DNA of 60,130 bases, counting the filler. It is 3 parts of 3 records of this genome, joined end to end, with 100 filler letters (N's around TTAATTAATTAA, not from the genome) between each part and the next. Parts side by side here need not be neighbours in the genome. Positions count along the whole stretch, not along the records: positions 1 to 31,021 come from SRR31156797_3271; 2 more parts are not named here. One strand, written 5' to 3'. This document shows positions 20,488 through 30,975 of the stretch, one piece after another. The position numbers were made by a program, and so were the translations under genes. How positions within the stretch are numbered: position 1 is the stretch's first letter; every line of letters starts with the position of its first letter. The notes below the pieces were generated by a model. It had not been told where the DNA came from. It saw only the letters and a program-made list of their open reading frames with translations, and searched no databases.

Positions 20488-21879
20488 ATGAGCCAACAGG
20501 ATTCATCTACAAAATTATGGGGTGGCCGGTTTTCGGAGGCCACTGCTGCTTCAGTAGAGGACTTCAGCGCCTCTGTCCAATACGATGCTCGCCTTTATAA
20601 GCATGATATAATGGGCTCGAAGGCACACGCAAAAATGCTTGCCCAGCAAGGCCTGATATCTGATGAGGAGTGTAACTCTATCATTAATGGCCTGGATGAA
20701 ATTGAACAGGATATATCAAACGGTCGATTTCAGTTTAAACCAGAGCTTGAAGATGTGCACATGAACATCGAAAAAGCGTTGACTGATCGCATAGGCGCTG
20801 CAGGAGCAAAATTGCACACTGCCAGGAGTCGTAACGATCAGGTCAATCTGGATTTCCGAATGTATCTTCGGGACGAGGTAGCAGAGCTTGATCGATTACT
20901 TGAAAATGGGCAGCGATCCTTTGTGCGGCTAGGTAGAAAGTACCTGGGCACGATTATGCCAGGCTATACCCATATGCAGCGGGCGCAGCCTGTATTGCTT
21001 TCCCATCACCTGTTGGCCTATTTTGAAATGCTGAAGCGTGACAGGGAGCGGCTCCAGAGTTGCCTTAAACGTATCAATGTGCTGCCCCTTGGTTCGGCTG
21101 CGCTTGCTGGAACCGGTTTGCCTGTTGATCGTGCTTTTGTGGCACAGGAACTCGGGTTTCCTGAGGTGAGTGCTAACTCCATGGACACTTCCGGTGACCG
21201 CGATTTTGCCTTGGAATTATTGTTTTGCCTTAACCTGATTCAAGTGCATCTGAGCCGTCTTGCCGAGGAGCTGGTCTACTGGTCGTCCAAAGAGTTCGAC
21301 TTTGTGCGCATCGGAGATCGTTACTGTACCGGCTCTTCTATTATGCCGCAAAAAAAGAACCCGGATATTCCTGAACTCATTCGCGGGAAGAGTGGGCGGG
21401 TGACCGGTGCACTGGTTTCCCTGCTTGTCACTGTAAAGGGGCTCCCGCTTACCTACAATAGAGACCTGCAGGAAGACAAGGAGCCGGTCTTTGACGCATT
21501 GGATACCGTCAAAGCAAGTCTCTCTATCACCTCTGAGTTGCTCGACAATACGGATTTCAATGTCGATCGGTTGCAGGCGGCGACCTATGGCGGCTTCATG
21601 ACCGCAACTGATCTTGCCGATTATCTTGTTTGTAAGAATGTACCGTTTCGCCAGGCCCACGGAATTGTCGGTAAGGTGGTTGCTCATTGTCAGGAGCGGG
21701 ATATCGAGTTGATTGATTTGAACCTTGCCGAATTAAAGGAGTTCTCTGAACATCTGGAGGCGGATGTTTTTGACGTCTTGTCTGTTGAAGGATCAGTGAA
21801 CAGTCGGGTTTCAACCGGCGGTACAGCTCTGATCCGGGTTACCGAGGCCCTGGAGCAGGCAGAAATTTATTTGGGATAA
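20488..21879 (+). CDS. argH: Argininosuccinate lyase
   Basis: LWGGRF, HTARSRNDQ, GSSIMPQKKNPD, YNRDLQEDKE. Confidence 0.98.
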   Translation: MSQQDSSTKLWGGRFSEATAASVEDFSASVQYDARLYKHDIMGSKAHAKMLAQQGLISDEECNSIINGLDEIEQDISNGRFQFKPELEDVHMNIEKALTDRIGAAGAKLHTARSRNDQVNLDFRMYLRDEVAELDRLLENGQRSFVRLGRKYLGTIMPGYTHMQRAQPVLLSHHLLAYFEMLKRDRERLQSCLKRINVLPLGSAALAGTGLPVDRAFVAQELGFPEVSANSMDTSGDRDFALELLFCLNLIQVHLSRLAEELVYWSSKEFDFVRIGDRYCTGSSIMPQKKNPDIPELIRGKSGRVTGALVSLLVTVKGLPLTYNRDLQEDKEPVFDALDTVKASLSITSELLDNTDFNVDRLQAATYGGFMTATDLADYLVCKNVPFRQAHGIVGKVVAHCQERDIELIDLNLAELKEFSEHLEADVFDVLSVEGSVNSRVSTGGTALIRVTEALEQAEIYLG

Positions 21880-21883
21880 TACC

Positions 21884-22951
21884 ATGATCAGAAGCAGGAA
21901 GATTTCCACAACAGTGATTGGGTTTGCAACGGTTTTTCTCAGTGTTTTCGCTCTTGGCGGATGTGGTTTTAAGGATAAACCTGTACCTCCTCAGCAGGTT
22001 TTGCCAAGCCCAGTGAGCGATTTGCGCCATCAGCTCACTGAAAAAGGAGTTACTCTTTACTGGAGCTACCCTGTTGAAACTGTTACCGGGGACGACTTAT
22101 TTGACATCTCTGAGTTTGTTATGTTTCGTGCTGTGGTTCCGGTGGATAGTTATTGTGAAACCTGCCCTATTCCGTTTGGGTCTCCTATATCGCTGCCTGG
22201 CGGGGCCTTGCCTGATGAGGGCAAGAAAACAGCCAGTTACAAGGCAACACTCTTACGGCCGGGAAATCTCTATTTTTTCAAGGTCCGCAGTAAGTCTGGT
22301 TGGTGGGCGGAATCTGCGGATTCTAACACTGTCCGTTTCCTTTGGAATACCCCAGCACTTGCCCCGGAAGGGCTGAGTATAACCGCTGGTGACAGCAATA
22401 ACGTCCTTAAATGGCAACCTGTTGAAAATCATCTGGATGGCACTCCCCTTACAGAGGCTGTGAAATACCAGGTACTGCGGAGTGTCGGCGGCAGTTCTTT
22501 TCAGCCTGTTGGTGACCTGCTCAATGAAACCGGTTATGTGGATAACGACGTAATCAACAACCGGAAATACTTTTATCAGGTCCAAGCTATTAGCATGTAT
22601 CCGCAAGGATCTGTCGGTGGTGGTGTGAGTGATAATGTCGCGGCAACACCATTGGATAAAACACCACCTGCGGTCCCAACCGACGTAAGGGGGATTAAGA
22701 CAGGCACAGGCATGAAAATATTTTGGTCACCGGTAGAGGAAAAGGACCTGAAGGGATACAGGGTGTACAGAAGGGCGGCCGGTGATGATGCACCTCAATT
22801 AGTAGGCGAAGTATTGGTGCCGTATAATATGTTTATTGACAGAGAGGCACCAGCAGGTGCGTCCAGGGTCTATTATTCTGTATCCAGTATTGATAAACGG
22901 ACACCGGCTAATGAAAGTTCGAGTTCGCCTGAGGTCATGATCAAAAATTAA
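21884..22951 (+). CDS. Lipoprotein with LptM/LppL-like N-terminus and fibronectin type III repeats
   Basis: Lipobox LGGC then GFKDKPVPP, three Fn3-like repeats (LYWSYP, LKWQP, IFWSP; YFFKVRS, YFYQVQA, YYSVSS) and a CETCP motif. Confidence 0.75.
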   Translation: MIRSRKISTTVIGFATVFLSVFALGGCGFKDKPVPPQQVLPSPVSDLRHQLTEKGVTLYWSYPVETVTGDDLFDISEFVMFRAVVPVDSYCETCPIPFGSPISLPGGALPDEGKKTASYKATLLRPGNLYFFKVRSKSGWWAESADSNTVRFLWNTPALAPEGLSITAGDSNNVLKWQPVENHLDGTPLTEAVKYQVLRSVGGSSFQPVGDLLNETGYVDNDVINNRKYFYQVQAISMYPQGSVGGGVSDNVAATPLDKTPPAVPTDVRGIKTGTGMKIFWSPVEEKDLKGYRVYRRAAGDDAPQLVGEVLVPYNMFIDREAPAGASRVYYSVSSIDKRTPANESSSSPEVMIKN

Positions 22952-22997
22952 CCCTTTGGCCTGTAGTTGAGTCATCAGGCAGTTATTTGCAAGCTAT

Positions 22998-23858
22998 ATG
23001 GGGAGCAATGAAAGCGTGAAGAAAAAACTACCAGTTATTCCATTTGTGAAAATGAGTGGAGCCGGGAATGATTTTGTCATTATTGACCATCGTAAAGCCT
23101 TGCTTTCCGTGGATGAGGCTGCTGATTTTGCTCGACTTGTTTGTCGCCGTCGTTTTTCTGTCGGCGCTGATGGCCTTTTTTTGATAGAAGATTCAGAGAT
23201 AGCAGATTTTAAGTGGCATTTTTTTAATGCTGACGGCTCGCTGGCGGAGATGTGTGGTAATGGTGCCCGGTGTGTGGCTAGATTTGCATACATGCAGGGT
23301 ATTGCCTCTGCCAATATGCGGTTTGAAACCTTAGCAGGTATTGTAGAGGCACAAGTCGCAGATATACATGTGACCATAAGGATGCCGCAGCCTCATTCTC
23401 TGAGGCTTTCCACTCAATTGGCTGTGGGAGATGACGGTACCATTGAAATTCACACCCTTGATACAGGGGTACCTCATGTGGTCTGCTTTGTTGAAGACGC
23501 TGACAAAGTTGATGTTAAAGCCATGGGTGCCGCAATCCGTTATCATGAGGATTTTCAGCCAGCTGGTACTAACGTGAATTTTGTTTCCCTAGGCGATGAA
23601 GGGCTCAAAGTGAGAACCTATGAGCGAGGGGTGGAAGATGAGACCCTGGCTTGTGGTACCGGAGCAGCAGCGAGTGGCATAGTGGCATCATTACTCGATA
23701 AGGTGACTTCTCCAGTGGAGGTTATTACCTCGGGTAATAACCGATTGAACATCAGTTTCGAGGTGCAGGGGGAAGGAGCCATCGAAAATGTTTTGCTCAA
23801 GGGACCTGCCCATGTCATCTATAAAGGGGAGTTATCTCCGGAAGCGCTGGAAGAATAA
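22998..23858 (+). CDS. dapF: Diaminopimelate epimerase
   Basis: KMSGAGNDF, NADGSLAEMCGNG, RTYERGVEDETLACGTG. Confidence 0.97.
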   Translation: MGSNESVKKKLPVIPFVKMSGAGNDFVIIDHRKALLSVDEAADFARLVCRRRFSVGADGLFLIEDSEIADFKWHFFNADGSLAEMCGNGARCVARFAYMQGIASANMRFETLAGIVEAQVADIHVTIRMPQPHSLRLSTQLAVGDDGTIEIHTLDTGVPHVVCFVEDADKVDVKAMGAAIRYHEDFQPAGTNVNFVSLGDEGLKVRTYERGVEDETLACGTGAAASGIVASLLDKVTSPVEVITSGNNRLNISFEVQGEGAIENVLLKGPAHVIYKGELSPEALEE

Positions 23859-23990
23859 TAAAGTATTTTGCGGTTATAGTTGCTTGAATGAAATTATCGC
23901 GGGATTTGTCGGTGGGATAATATCAGGCCGATGGAATAAAGATTGTGTGGCATACTCAAACAGTGAAGAGTTTGCCTCAAGGAGAGGGAA

Positions 23991-24875
23991 ATGGGTAGGA
24001 TACAAGGCGCATTAACAGCAATGGTAACCCCTATGCTCAACGGAGAGATCGATGAGCAAGGGATGATTGATTTTATTGAGTTTCAGATCGAAAGCGGCAT
24101 TCATGGACTGGTTCCCTGCGGGACCACAGGAGAGTCCGCAACCTTGGGTTTTGCAGAGCATAAACGTGTCATCGAACTGACGGTTAAAACAGTCAATGGG
24201 CGGGTGCCGGTTATTGCGGGAACAGGAGCCAACAATACGTTGGAGGCAATAGAGTTGACAGCCTCGGCAAAGGAAAGCGGAGCTGACGGCGTGCTTTCTG
24301 TTGTGCCCTATTACAACAAACCCAGCCAGGAAGGCCTGTATCAGCATTTTAAAACAGTGCTTGATGCTGTCGATATCCCGACGATTCTCTATAACGTTCC
24401 AGGGAGAACGGTTACTAACATGCTTCCGGAAACTGTTGCTCGTTTGGCTCAGTTACCCAACGTGATCGGCATTAAAGAAGCCTGCGGCTGTCTTAATCAG
24501 GTAAGTCAGATTATACAGAGCTGTCCCAAGGATTTTGCCGTCCTTTCTGGTGACGATTTTACAGCAATGCCAACCGTTCTTGTCGGTGGTAAAGGGGTTA
24601 TTTCGGTTGTTTCCAACCTGCAGCCAGCAAAGGCCTCGGCAATGATGGAAGCGGCTCTTGGCGGTGATCTGCAGAAGGCAAATGAGTTGCACTACGAGCT
24701 TTTCTCTTTGATGGGGGCTATGTTCTGTTACCCTAGCCCTGGTCCAGCAAAGAAAGGGCTGCATCTCATGGGCCGAATTCAGTCCCCTGAAGTTCGATTG
24801 CCGATGACTGAAATTGATCAACCCGCCGAAGAACAACTGACTAAGTGTATGCGTGATTGCCAACTTCTCCCGTAA
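23991..24875 (+). CDS. dapA: 4-hydroxy-tetrahydrodipicolinate synthase
   Basis: CGTTGES, PYYNKPSQEG, YNVPGRT, GIKEA. Confidence 0.97.
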   Translation: MGRIQGALTAMVTPMLNGEIDEQGMIDFIEFQIESGIHGLVPCGTTGESATLGFAEHKRVIELTVKTVNGRVPVIAGTGANNTLEAIELTASAKESGADGVLSVVPYYNKPSQEGLYQHFKTVLDAVDIPTILYNVPGRTVTNMLPETVARLAQLPNVIGIKEACGCLNQVSQIIQSCPKDFAVLSGDDFTAMPTVLVGGKGVISVVSNLQPAKASAMMEAALGGDLQKANELHYELFSLMGAMFCYPSPGPAKKGLHLMGRIQSPEVRLPMTEIDQPAEEQLTKCMRDCQLLP

Positions 24876-24911
24876 ATTATCACTATATGCTTGCGCAAGG
24901 ATAGGTACATT

Positions 24912-25724
24912 ATGACAAAAGTAATTGTTGCCGGTGCCGGCGGCAGAATGGGACAGAGAATATCGCAGATGGTTCTGCAGCAGGAAGGGCTGGAACTGGC
25001 CGCTGCCTTTGAACAACCCAGTAGTTCTGTACTCGGAGAAGATGTAGGCGTTATAGGCGGGTTTGGTGCTACCGGAGTTACTATTGCTCCAGGCTTGGAA
25101 GCGGTAATAGAATCCGGTGATGTAATTATTGACTTTACCTACCATGAGGCAACAATGGCGTTTGCTAAGATTGCTGCTGCCCACGGAAAGGCGATGGTTA
25201 TTGGCACTACCGGTCTTAATCAGGAACAACTCTCAACGCTTTCCGGATTATCTGAGAAAAGTTTTCCCTGTGTCCATTCACCTAACATGGCAGTTGGAGT
25301 AAACGTCCTTTTTAAGTTGGTAGAGAAGGCCGCCGCTGTTTTAGGAGATGCTTATGACGTGGAGATTGTTGAGGCGCATCATCGAATGAAAAAGGATGCG
25401 CCATCAGGAACAGCGTTAAAACTTGGAGAAATGGCTGCTTCAGGGCTTGGTCGGGACCTTAATGATGTCGGGGTGATGGAACGTAACGGCATTATCGGTG
25501 AACGAACAGACACGGAAATCGGTATTCAGTCCATCCGTGGTGGTGATATTGTTGGCGAGCACACTGTGTATTATGCCGGTGCTGGCGAACGAATTGAAAT
25601 TAGCCATAGAGCCACCAATCGTGATAATTTCGCTAGGGGAGCCGTTCTTGCCGCAGCTTGGGTTAACGGGAAGGCGAACGGGATGTACACAATGTTTGAT
25701 GTGCTGGACTTGGATAATTTTTAA
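24912..25724 (+). CDS. dapB: 4-hydroxy-tetrahydrodipicolinate reductase
   Basis: GAGGRMG, VIGTTG, EAHHRMKKDAPSGTA, GDIVGEH. Confidence 0.97.
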   Translation: MTKVIVAGAGGRMGQRISQMVLQQEGLELAAAFEQPSSSVLGEDVGVIGGFGATGVTIAPGLEAVIESGDVIIDFTYHEATMAFAKIAAAHGKAMVIGTTGLNQEQLSTLSGLSEKSFPCVHSPNMAVGVNVLFKLVEKAAAVLGDAYDVEIVEAHHRMKKDAPSGTALKLGEMAASGLGRDLNDVGVMERNGIIGERTDTEIGIQSIRGGDIVGEHTVYYAGAGERIEISHRATNRDNFARGAVLAAAWVNGKANGMYTMFDVLDLDNF

Positions 25725-25772
25725 TCTGAGATTGCTTTCAGCAAACATCCTTTAGCTCTATTTAAAAGCATC

Positions 25773-26318
25773 ATGCAGCCTCCTTTTCGTGATTTACCCC
25801 ATCAGTTTTGTGTGAGCCTTGGCTCAAATATTGGGGACTCGCTGCACATTGTCTTGCATGCTTGGAAGCGACTGCAAGAGGAACCACGTATAGGTGCAGT
25901 CGAGCTTTCAAGCCCTTACCGTACCCAACCGGTAGGGATGGTAAGTGATAATCAATTTATCAACGCTGCAGCAGTAGGTCGGACATCGCTGGAACCTGAA
26001 GCATTATTGCTCCATATGCAGGGTATTGAGAAAGAGTTCGGCAGGGTGCGGGCGAATGGGCAGGTCGGTTATGTGGACCGTACTCTTGACCTGGATTTGT
26101 TGTTCTATGATGACCTGATTCTTAATTTGCCTTTGCTCGTAATCCCACATCTTGAAATACAGCATCGCATGTTTGTATTACAGCCGTTGGCAGAAATAGC
26201 TGCTTCTTTCCGGCACCCTGTATCAGAAAAAACCATAAGCCAGCATCTGGAGGTATTGATGCGGCAACCTGACGCTGATTTGGGCATTGAAAAGCTCACT
26301 TGGCCCAGTGGTAAGTAA
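25773..26318 (+). CDS. folK: 6-hydroxymethyl-7,8-dihydropterin pyrophosphokinase
   Basis: SLGSNIGD, FINAA, RTLDLDLL, IPH..RMFVLQPL. Confidence 0.93.
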   Translation: MQPPFRDLPHQFCVSLGSNIGDSLHIVLHAWKRLQEEPRIGAVELSSPYRTQPVGMVSDNQFINAAAVGRTSLEPEALLLHMQGIEKEFGRVRANGQVGYVDRTLDLDLLFYDDLILNLPLLVIPHLEIQHRMFVLQPLAEIAASFRHPVSEKTISQHLEVLMRQPDADLGIEKLTWPSGK

Positions 26319-26500
26319 ATATGAAATCGTTTCCCTACTCAGCCCGACCTGTACCTGTCTTGATGCGATGGCAACAATGATCAGGGACGGTTTTTGTTGA
26401 GTGGAAAGGATTTGATTAGACTTTTGTTGGCCTAAGGATATAATACCTTCATGTTGAAATATGTATTCCCTGCTGCAGCAGGAAAAAATATCTGAAATCG

Positions 26501-26770
26501 ATGACTCCATTTCGTCTCCTGATACTCGCCGTTCTCTTTTATATCGGCTATCGTCTGCTGCGCAGTGTACTGCTGGAGCAGTTCAAAAAAAAATCATCCC
26601 AAGTGAAAAAAGACTCTCAGGTACAGGATGTACTGGTGGAGGATCCTGTTTGTCATACCCTAATCCCTAAAAAACAGGCTATCCGTCTGCGAAAAGAGGG
26701 ACATACATACTATTTTTGCAGCGAGAAATGCTGCGATTTGTTTACAGAAAATTCGGAGGAAAAAGAATGA
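26501..26770 (+). CDS. YHS/TRASH-domain membrane-anchored small protein
   Basis: N-terminal TM helix, DPVC and YYFCSEKC motifs. Confidence 0.85.
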   Translation: MTPFRLLILAVLFYIGYRLLRSVLLEQFKKKSSQVKKDSQVQDVLVEDPVCHTLIPKKQAIRLRKEGHTYYFCSEKCCDLFTENSEEKE

Positions 26771-27411
26771 AGTTTTTTATAGATACAGCCAATATTGACG
26801 AGATTAAAAAAGGTCTCGAAATAGGCATGGTTGATGGTGTAACTACCAATCCTTCCCTTGTTTCAAAGGAACAGCGGCCATTCAATGATATTCTAAAAGA
26901 TATTTGTGCCATTGTTGATGGCCCGGTAAGTGCTGAAGTCGTGAGTTTGGAGGCTGATGGCATGGTTGCTGAGGCGCGCGAACTTGTCAAAATCAGCGAC
27001 AACATCGTTATCAAGGTACCGATGATTGAGGAAGGCTTGAAGGCCGTTAAACGTTTGGCAGCTGAAGACATCAAAACAAATGTCACCTTGATCTTTTCTT
27101 CTACTCAGGCATTGCTTGCTGCCAAGGCGGGTGCGACCTATGTTAGCCCGTTTGTTGGTCGACTTGATGATATTTCTATTAATGGTTTGGAACTTGTTGC
27201 CGATATAATGAGTATCTATCGCAATTACGGGTACGCAACTGAGGTCATCGTTGCCTCTGTGCGTTCCCCTATGCATGTATCGGAGTCTGCCCTTATCGGT
27301 GCAGACATTGCGACCATTCCTTATAAGGTTATTGCCCAGTTGGCAAAGCATCCTTTGACAGATATAGGTATGGAACAATTTCTTTCAGACTGGGAAAAAC
27401 GCCAGAAATAA
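26767..27411 (+). CDS. fsa: Transaldolase, fructose-6-phosphate aldolase-like subfamily
   Basis: [38 protein letters not shown] overlap with the YHS gene. Confidence 0.93.
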   Translation: MKFFIDTANIDEIKKGLEIGMVDGVTTNPSLVSKEQRPFNDILKDICAIVDGPVSAEVVSLEADGMVAEARELVKISDNIVIKVPMIEEGLKAVKRLAAEDIKTNVTLIFSSTQALLAAKAGATYVSPFVGRLDDISINGLELVADIMSIYRNYGYATEVIVASVRSPMHVSESALIGADIATIPYKVIAQLAKHPLTDIGMEQFLSDWEKRQK

Positions 27412-27424
27412 ATTCGGATAACCT

Positions 27425-28108
27425 ATGGAAAAAATCCTTCTTGTGTCCTTGGCGCTGATACTGGTAGTTTTGCCAGTATCAGCCGGTGCAGCGATTTACA
27501 CTTTTGTTGACCAACAGGGTGTGACCCATTATACCAATGTTCCTGCTGATAGCAGAGCGAGGCTTAGCGGCGGTGCTCCTGCGCAAGCCATCCAGCAGAG
27601 GCGCAAGAAGGTATCCAGTAGCCGATTTAATAACTCCTCGGTGATTGCTGGCGCTCAACGAAAAACTTCAACCAGTTCCCTGCATCGCCACATTGATCGC
27701 GCAGCAGCCGTCTATAAAGTTGACGCTTCCCTAATTAGAGCCATCATCAAGGCAGAATCGAACTTCAATCCTCGGGCCATCTCTTCACAAGGTGCTCAGG
27801 GGCTAATGCAGCTCATGCCTGGTACAGCAAGAGATTTGGACGTTGTAGATCCCTTTGATGTTCGTCAGAATATTGATGGAGGAACCCGATACTTCAGGCG
27901 CATGCTTGATAGTTATCATGGAAACGTCGAATTAAGTCTTGCAGCGTATAATGCCGGACCAGGTCGAGTAAAACCGTTTGGTAAAATTCCACGCATCCCT
28001 GAAACAAGAGCATATGTAACCAAAGTCATGCGTTATTACGACGCATATAAGAATGGTTTCTCACGGCTGACAAGTATTAATATCCGTCGCTTGGTTACAG
28101 TACGTTAA
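27425..28108 (+). CDS. Lytic transglycosylase (SLT domain, N-terminal DUF4124-like segment)
   Basis: Signal peptide, [42 protein letters not shown]. Confidence 0.92.
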   Translation: MEKILLVSLALILVVLPVSAGAAIYTFVDQQGVTHYTNVPADSRARLSGGAPAQAIQQRRKKVSSSRFNNSSVIAGAQRKTSTSSLHRHIDRAAAVYKVDASLIRAIIKAESNFNPRAISSQGAQGLMQLMPGTARDLDVVDPFDVRQNIDGGTRYFRRMLDSYHGNVELSLAAYNAGPGRVKPFGKIPRIPETRAYVTKVMRYYDAYKNGFSRLTSINIRRLVTVR

Positions 28109-28155
28109 TCCCTTTGTGTAGCATTTCCTTTTTGCTAAATTGCTTCGATTTTCTT

Positions 28156-28188
28156 CCTTCTAGAATGGGAAAGTCCCCTTCTAGAAGG
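28156..28188. terminator. Hairpin between convergent genes, probable terminator
   Basis: CCTTCTAGAA / TTCTAGAAGG 10-bp stem with inner GGG/CCC pairs. T tracts are weak. Confidence 0.5.
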
Positions 28189-28239
28189 CTAGCTGACTGC
28201 TCTTTTCTTAGTAATTATTCAGCAAATTACAATTCTTAG

Positions 28240-28956
28240 TTATCTCCAAACCATTAATCCGCCCATCATTACCAGAAATACGTAGATGCACTTGAGGTAG
28301 GTTCTGCGGTTAATCTTGTCGGTAAGGAAAGAGCCAATCGTTGTCCCTAAGAGTACCAACGGTATGGTCACTGTACAATACTTCAAGGTTAACAGTGTCG
28401 TCATTCCGCTGAGAGCGTGTACAATTGCGGTAAAAGCAGCGTTAAAAACAAAAAAACCCGTCAGAGTGGCCTTCATCTCGTTTTTTTTCCAGTCCGTCAA
28501 TGTGGTATAAATAATGGCGGGTGGTCCTCCTGCACTAAATAAAGCAGTGATAAAACCGGTACAAAAACCTGCGGAATATGCAACAAATGCAGGCATCTTT
28601 AAAGGCTTTGGTTGGGCTAGCAGATTGTAACCACTGTAGGTAATGAGAAGAATACCTAGGAAGGTCTGGATAACATCAGGGTTGATAAACGTAAGACACT
28701 GCGAACCAAGTATGCTCCCTGGGATCGAACCAACAAGCAAAGGCAGTATTTTTTTTTTGTCTAAAAAAAAACGTAACTTGTAAGCAAGAAAGATGGTTAT
28801 GGTAAGACCATTTAAGATGATGAGCGGTATAGCAGTTTTAACGTCAATGATAAGGCATAGAAGCGGAATGGCTACTAGGCCTGCACCAAACCCGGTGATA
28901 CCTTGGACAAGCCCAGCAAGAAGAAAAATTAGTCCGGCGAGAAGAAAAGAAGTCAT
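28240..28956 (-). CDS. Sulfite exporter TauE/SafE family membrane protein
   Basis: AGLVQGITGFGAGLVAIPLL and SAGGPPAI motifs, multi-TM. Confidence 0.88.
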   Translation of the reverse strand: MTSFLLAGLIFLLAGLVQGITGFGAGLVAIPLLCLIIDVKTAIPLIILNGLTITIFLAYKLRFFLDKKKILPLLVGSIPGSILGSQCLTFINPDVIQTFLGILLITYSGYNLLAQPKPLKMPAFVAYSAGFCTGFITALFSAGGPPAIIYTTLTDWKKNEMKATLTGFFVFNAAFTAIVHALSGMTTLLTLKYCTVTIPLVLLGTTIGSFLTDKINRRTYLKCIYVFLVMMGGLMVWR

Positions 28957-29283
28957 TGTTAGTGGGGGGATGGGATAAAGGTTATTTCGAAAAGCGGGAG
29001 CAGCTGTTTTTGGGAAAGTGGACCCTCTTGAGTACAAGATATTATGAGAGTAATAGAATCCATACCTTTGTAAAAGGCACTCTGTTTATGGCAGTAGCTT
29101 TTCTTTTTGTTGCCGAGGGTAAAATAAATGCTTCGAGTCAGGTGGTTTATCATTGAGGGAAGAGGTGGCATCTCTTCACATTTTCTGTGAGTGTGATATT
29201 CTGTACTGTAAAGGCTGATGTTAATGTAGACGTCATGGGGCGCTATTCTTTTGGGAGGCAGAAGAGGAGGTCTTATAATCAGA

Positions 29284-29643
29284 ATGGTTCAATCGCATCT
29301 TAGGAAAAAATCAAGACGCAAAGCGTACCGTTTTTTGGGAGACAATTTACCTGTTCAGTATAAAACAAGCTTTGAAGATGGCACAGCTATTTTGCAGGAC
29401 ATCTCAACCTCTGGTTGCGCCCTCTCATCTGTAACCGTACCGGTTGTCTTGCGAGAAAAAGTTTTGATAGCAATTGTTCTTCCGGGTGAAAAGGAAAAGA
29501 TTGAGGCGAAAGGAATTGTCAGCCGCTCTGAAATCGATAATTTTGCACTATCTTTTACATTGATAGAACCAGTAACGGTCAAACTGATCCAGGCTTTCTT
29601 TTTTCAGGCTCTCAGAAAGAAAATCAATAAAGAGCGCACTTAA
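29284..29643 (+). CDS. Stand-alone PilZ domain protein
   Basis: RxxxR (RKAYR) and DxSxxG (DISTSG) c-di-GMP motifs. Confidence 0.85.
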   Translation: MVQSHLRKKSRRKAYRFLGDNLPVQYKTSFEDGTAILQDISTSGCALSSVTVPVVLREKVLIAIVLPGEKEKIEAKGIVSRSEIDNFALSFTLIEPVTVKLIQAFFFQALRKKINKERT

Positions 29644-29675
29644 CTCGCGGGTAATAGAAGGTCAGTAGGAAGAGG

Positions 29676-30881
29676 ATGGAACAATATATTGCAAGGCAGC
29701 CGATTTTTAATCTGCATAAAAAGGTGTATGCCTACGAGTTGCTGTACCGTGGAGCCAAGCATTATTCACTTGATAAGGTGAGTGGTAATCGAGCAACAAC
29801 CAGCCTGCTTTCCAGCACGTTCCTTACCCGGGATATAAAGGATATCTCTAGTTTTAAACCATGTTTCATTAATTTTACACAAGACCTGCTAGAAAAGAGG
29901 CTTCCTGAATCTTTTTCCAAAGAAAGCCTTGTAGTAGAAATTCTTGAAGACGTGAAACCGACCCCAAAAGTAGTGCAGGCCTGTCAACAGTTGCACGACA
30001 AAGGTTATACTCTTGCCTTGGATGATTTTTTATATGAGAGGAAATTTATACCGCTGCTCAAACTTGCAGATATCGTAAAAATAGATTTCAGACGCACGCC
30101 TTATAAAACGATATTGCGAACCTTGGATATACTTGCCAGGTACAAAGTAAAACTTCTTGCAGAAAAAGTTGAAACTTTAGAGGAATTTGAGACAGCTGCC
30201 AAACTTGGATTTGTATATTACCAGGGCTATTTTTTTTCCAAGCCTGAACAGGTAAAAATTCAGGAACTTACCACTACCCAGGTTACCCATCTTCGGTTGC
30301 TGGCAGAAGTAACCAAAAAAAGTACGACCATTGAAAGTCTGCACAAGATAATTGCAAACGATATATCTGTGAGCTATAAGCTGTTGCGCTTTTTAAATTC
30401 TTCCTATTTTTACCGGTTGCAGGAAATCAAGTCAGTGAAGCAGGCAATCGCTTTTCTCGGAACAAGAGAATTACGCCAATTTGTGATGCTGGTGATCATA
30501 TCAGACATGACAACCAACAAACCGGGAGAGTTAATACGGCTTGGCCTTGTACGCGCAAAATTTTGTGAATTATTGGGAGAAAGCAGTGACCAGAGCATTG
30601 ATTCTTCCGAATTGTTTGTAGTCGGATTATTTTCCCTGCTGGACGCAATGTTGGATGCACCAATGACAGAAATTATGGGAAAGTTGCCGGTGAGTAGCGG
30701 GATAAAAGAAACACTTCTTGCCAGTACCGGACCATATTGTATTTATTTGGAACTCGTCAAAAGTTATGAGAAAAATAATGCGGCCCTTTTTATTCCCCTG
30801 TTTGAAAGACTGGAGCTTGGTCCAGAGAAGGTGAATGCGTGTTATTTAACGGCAATAAAATATGCCAACGGGTTACTGTGA
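29676..30881 (+). CDS. EAL + HDOD domain protein (YuxH/PdeH-like)
   Basis: YIARQPI, YELLYR, VVEILE, LALDDF, LLAEKVET, QGYFFSKP, then HDOD (SYKLLRFLNS, VGLFSLLDA). Confidence 0.92.
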   Translation: MEQYIARQPIFNLHKKVYAYELLYRGAKHYSLDKVSGNRATTSLLSSTFLTRDIKDISSFKPCFINFTQDLLEKRLPESFSKESLVVEILEDVKPTPKVVQACQQLHDKGYTLALDDFLYERKFIPLLKLADIVKIDFRRTPYKTILRTLDILARYKVKLLAEKVETLEEFETAAKLGFVYYQGYFFSKPEQVKIQELTTTQVTHLRLLAEVTKKSTTIESLHKIIANDISVSYKLLRFLNSSYFYRLQEIKSVKQAIAFLGTRELRQFVMLVIISDMTTNKPGELIRLGLVRAKFCELLGESSDQSIDSSELFVVGLFSLLDAMLDAPMTEIMGKLPVSSGIKETLLASTGPYCIYLELVKSYEKNNAALFIPLFERLELGPEKVNACYLTAIKYANGLL

Positions 30882-30935
30882 GCCGTTTTTTGTTAAAAGA
30901 GAGGGGATGGTTAGGGCCTGGAAATGGCTTTGTTC

Positions 30936-30964
30936 TTGACTTAGAGGAGCAATTAAGGTATCTA
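30936..30964 (+). promoter_or_regulatory. Probable sigma-70 promoter of the tRNA
   Basis: TTGACT-17 bp-TATCTA, 11 bp upstream of the tRNA 5' end. Confidence 0.5.
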
Positions 30965-30975
30965 GTTGAACCCAT

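Noticed and set aside
26324-26394. Possible hairpin AAATCGTTTCCCT..AGGGACGGTTT after folK
   Set aside because: Bulged stem with a large, poorly paired interior. Not distinguishable from chance.
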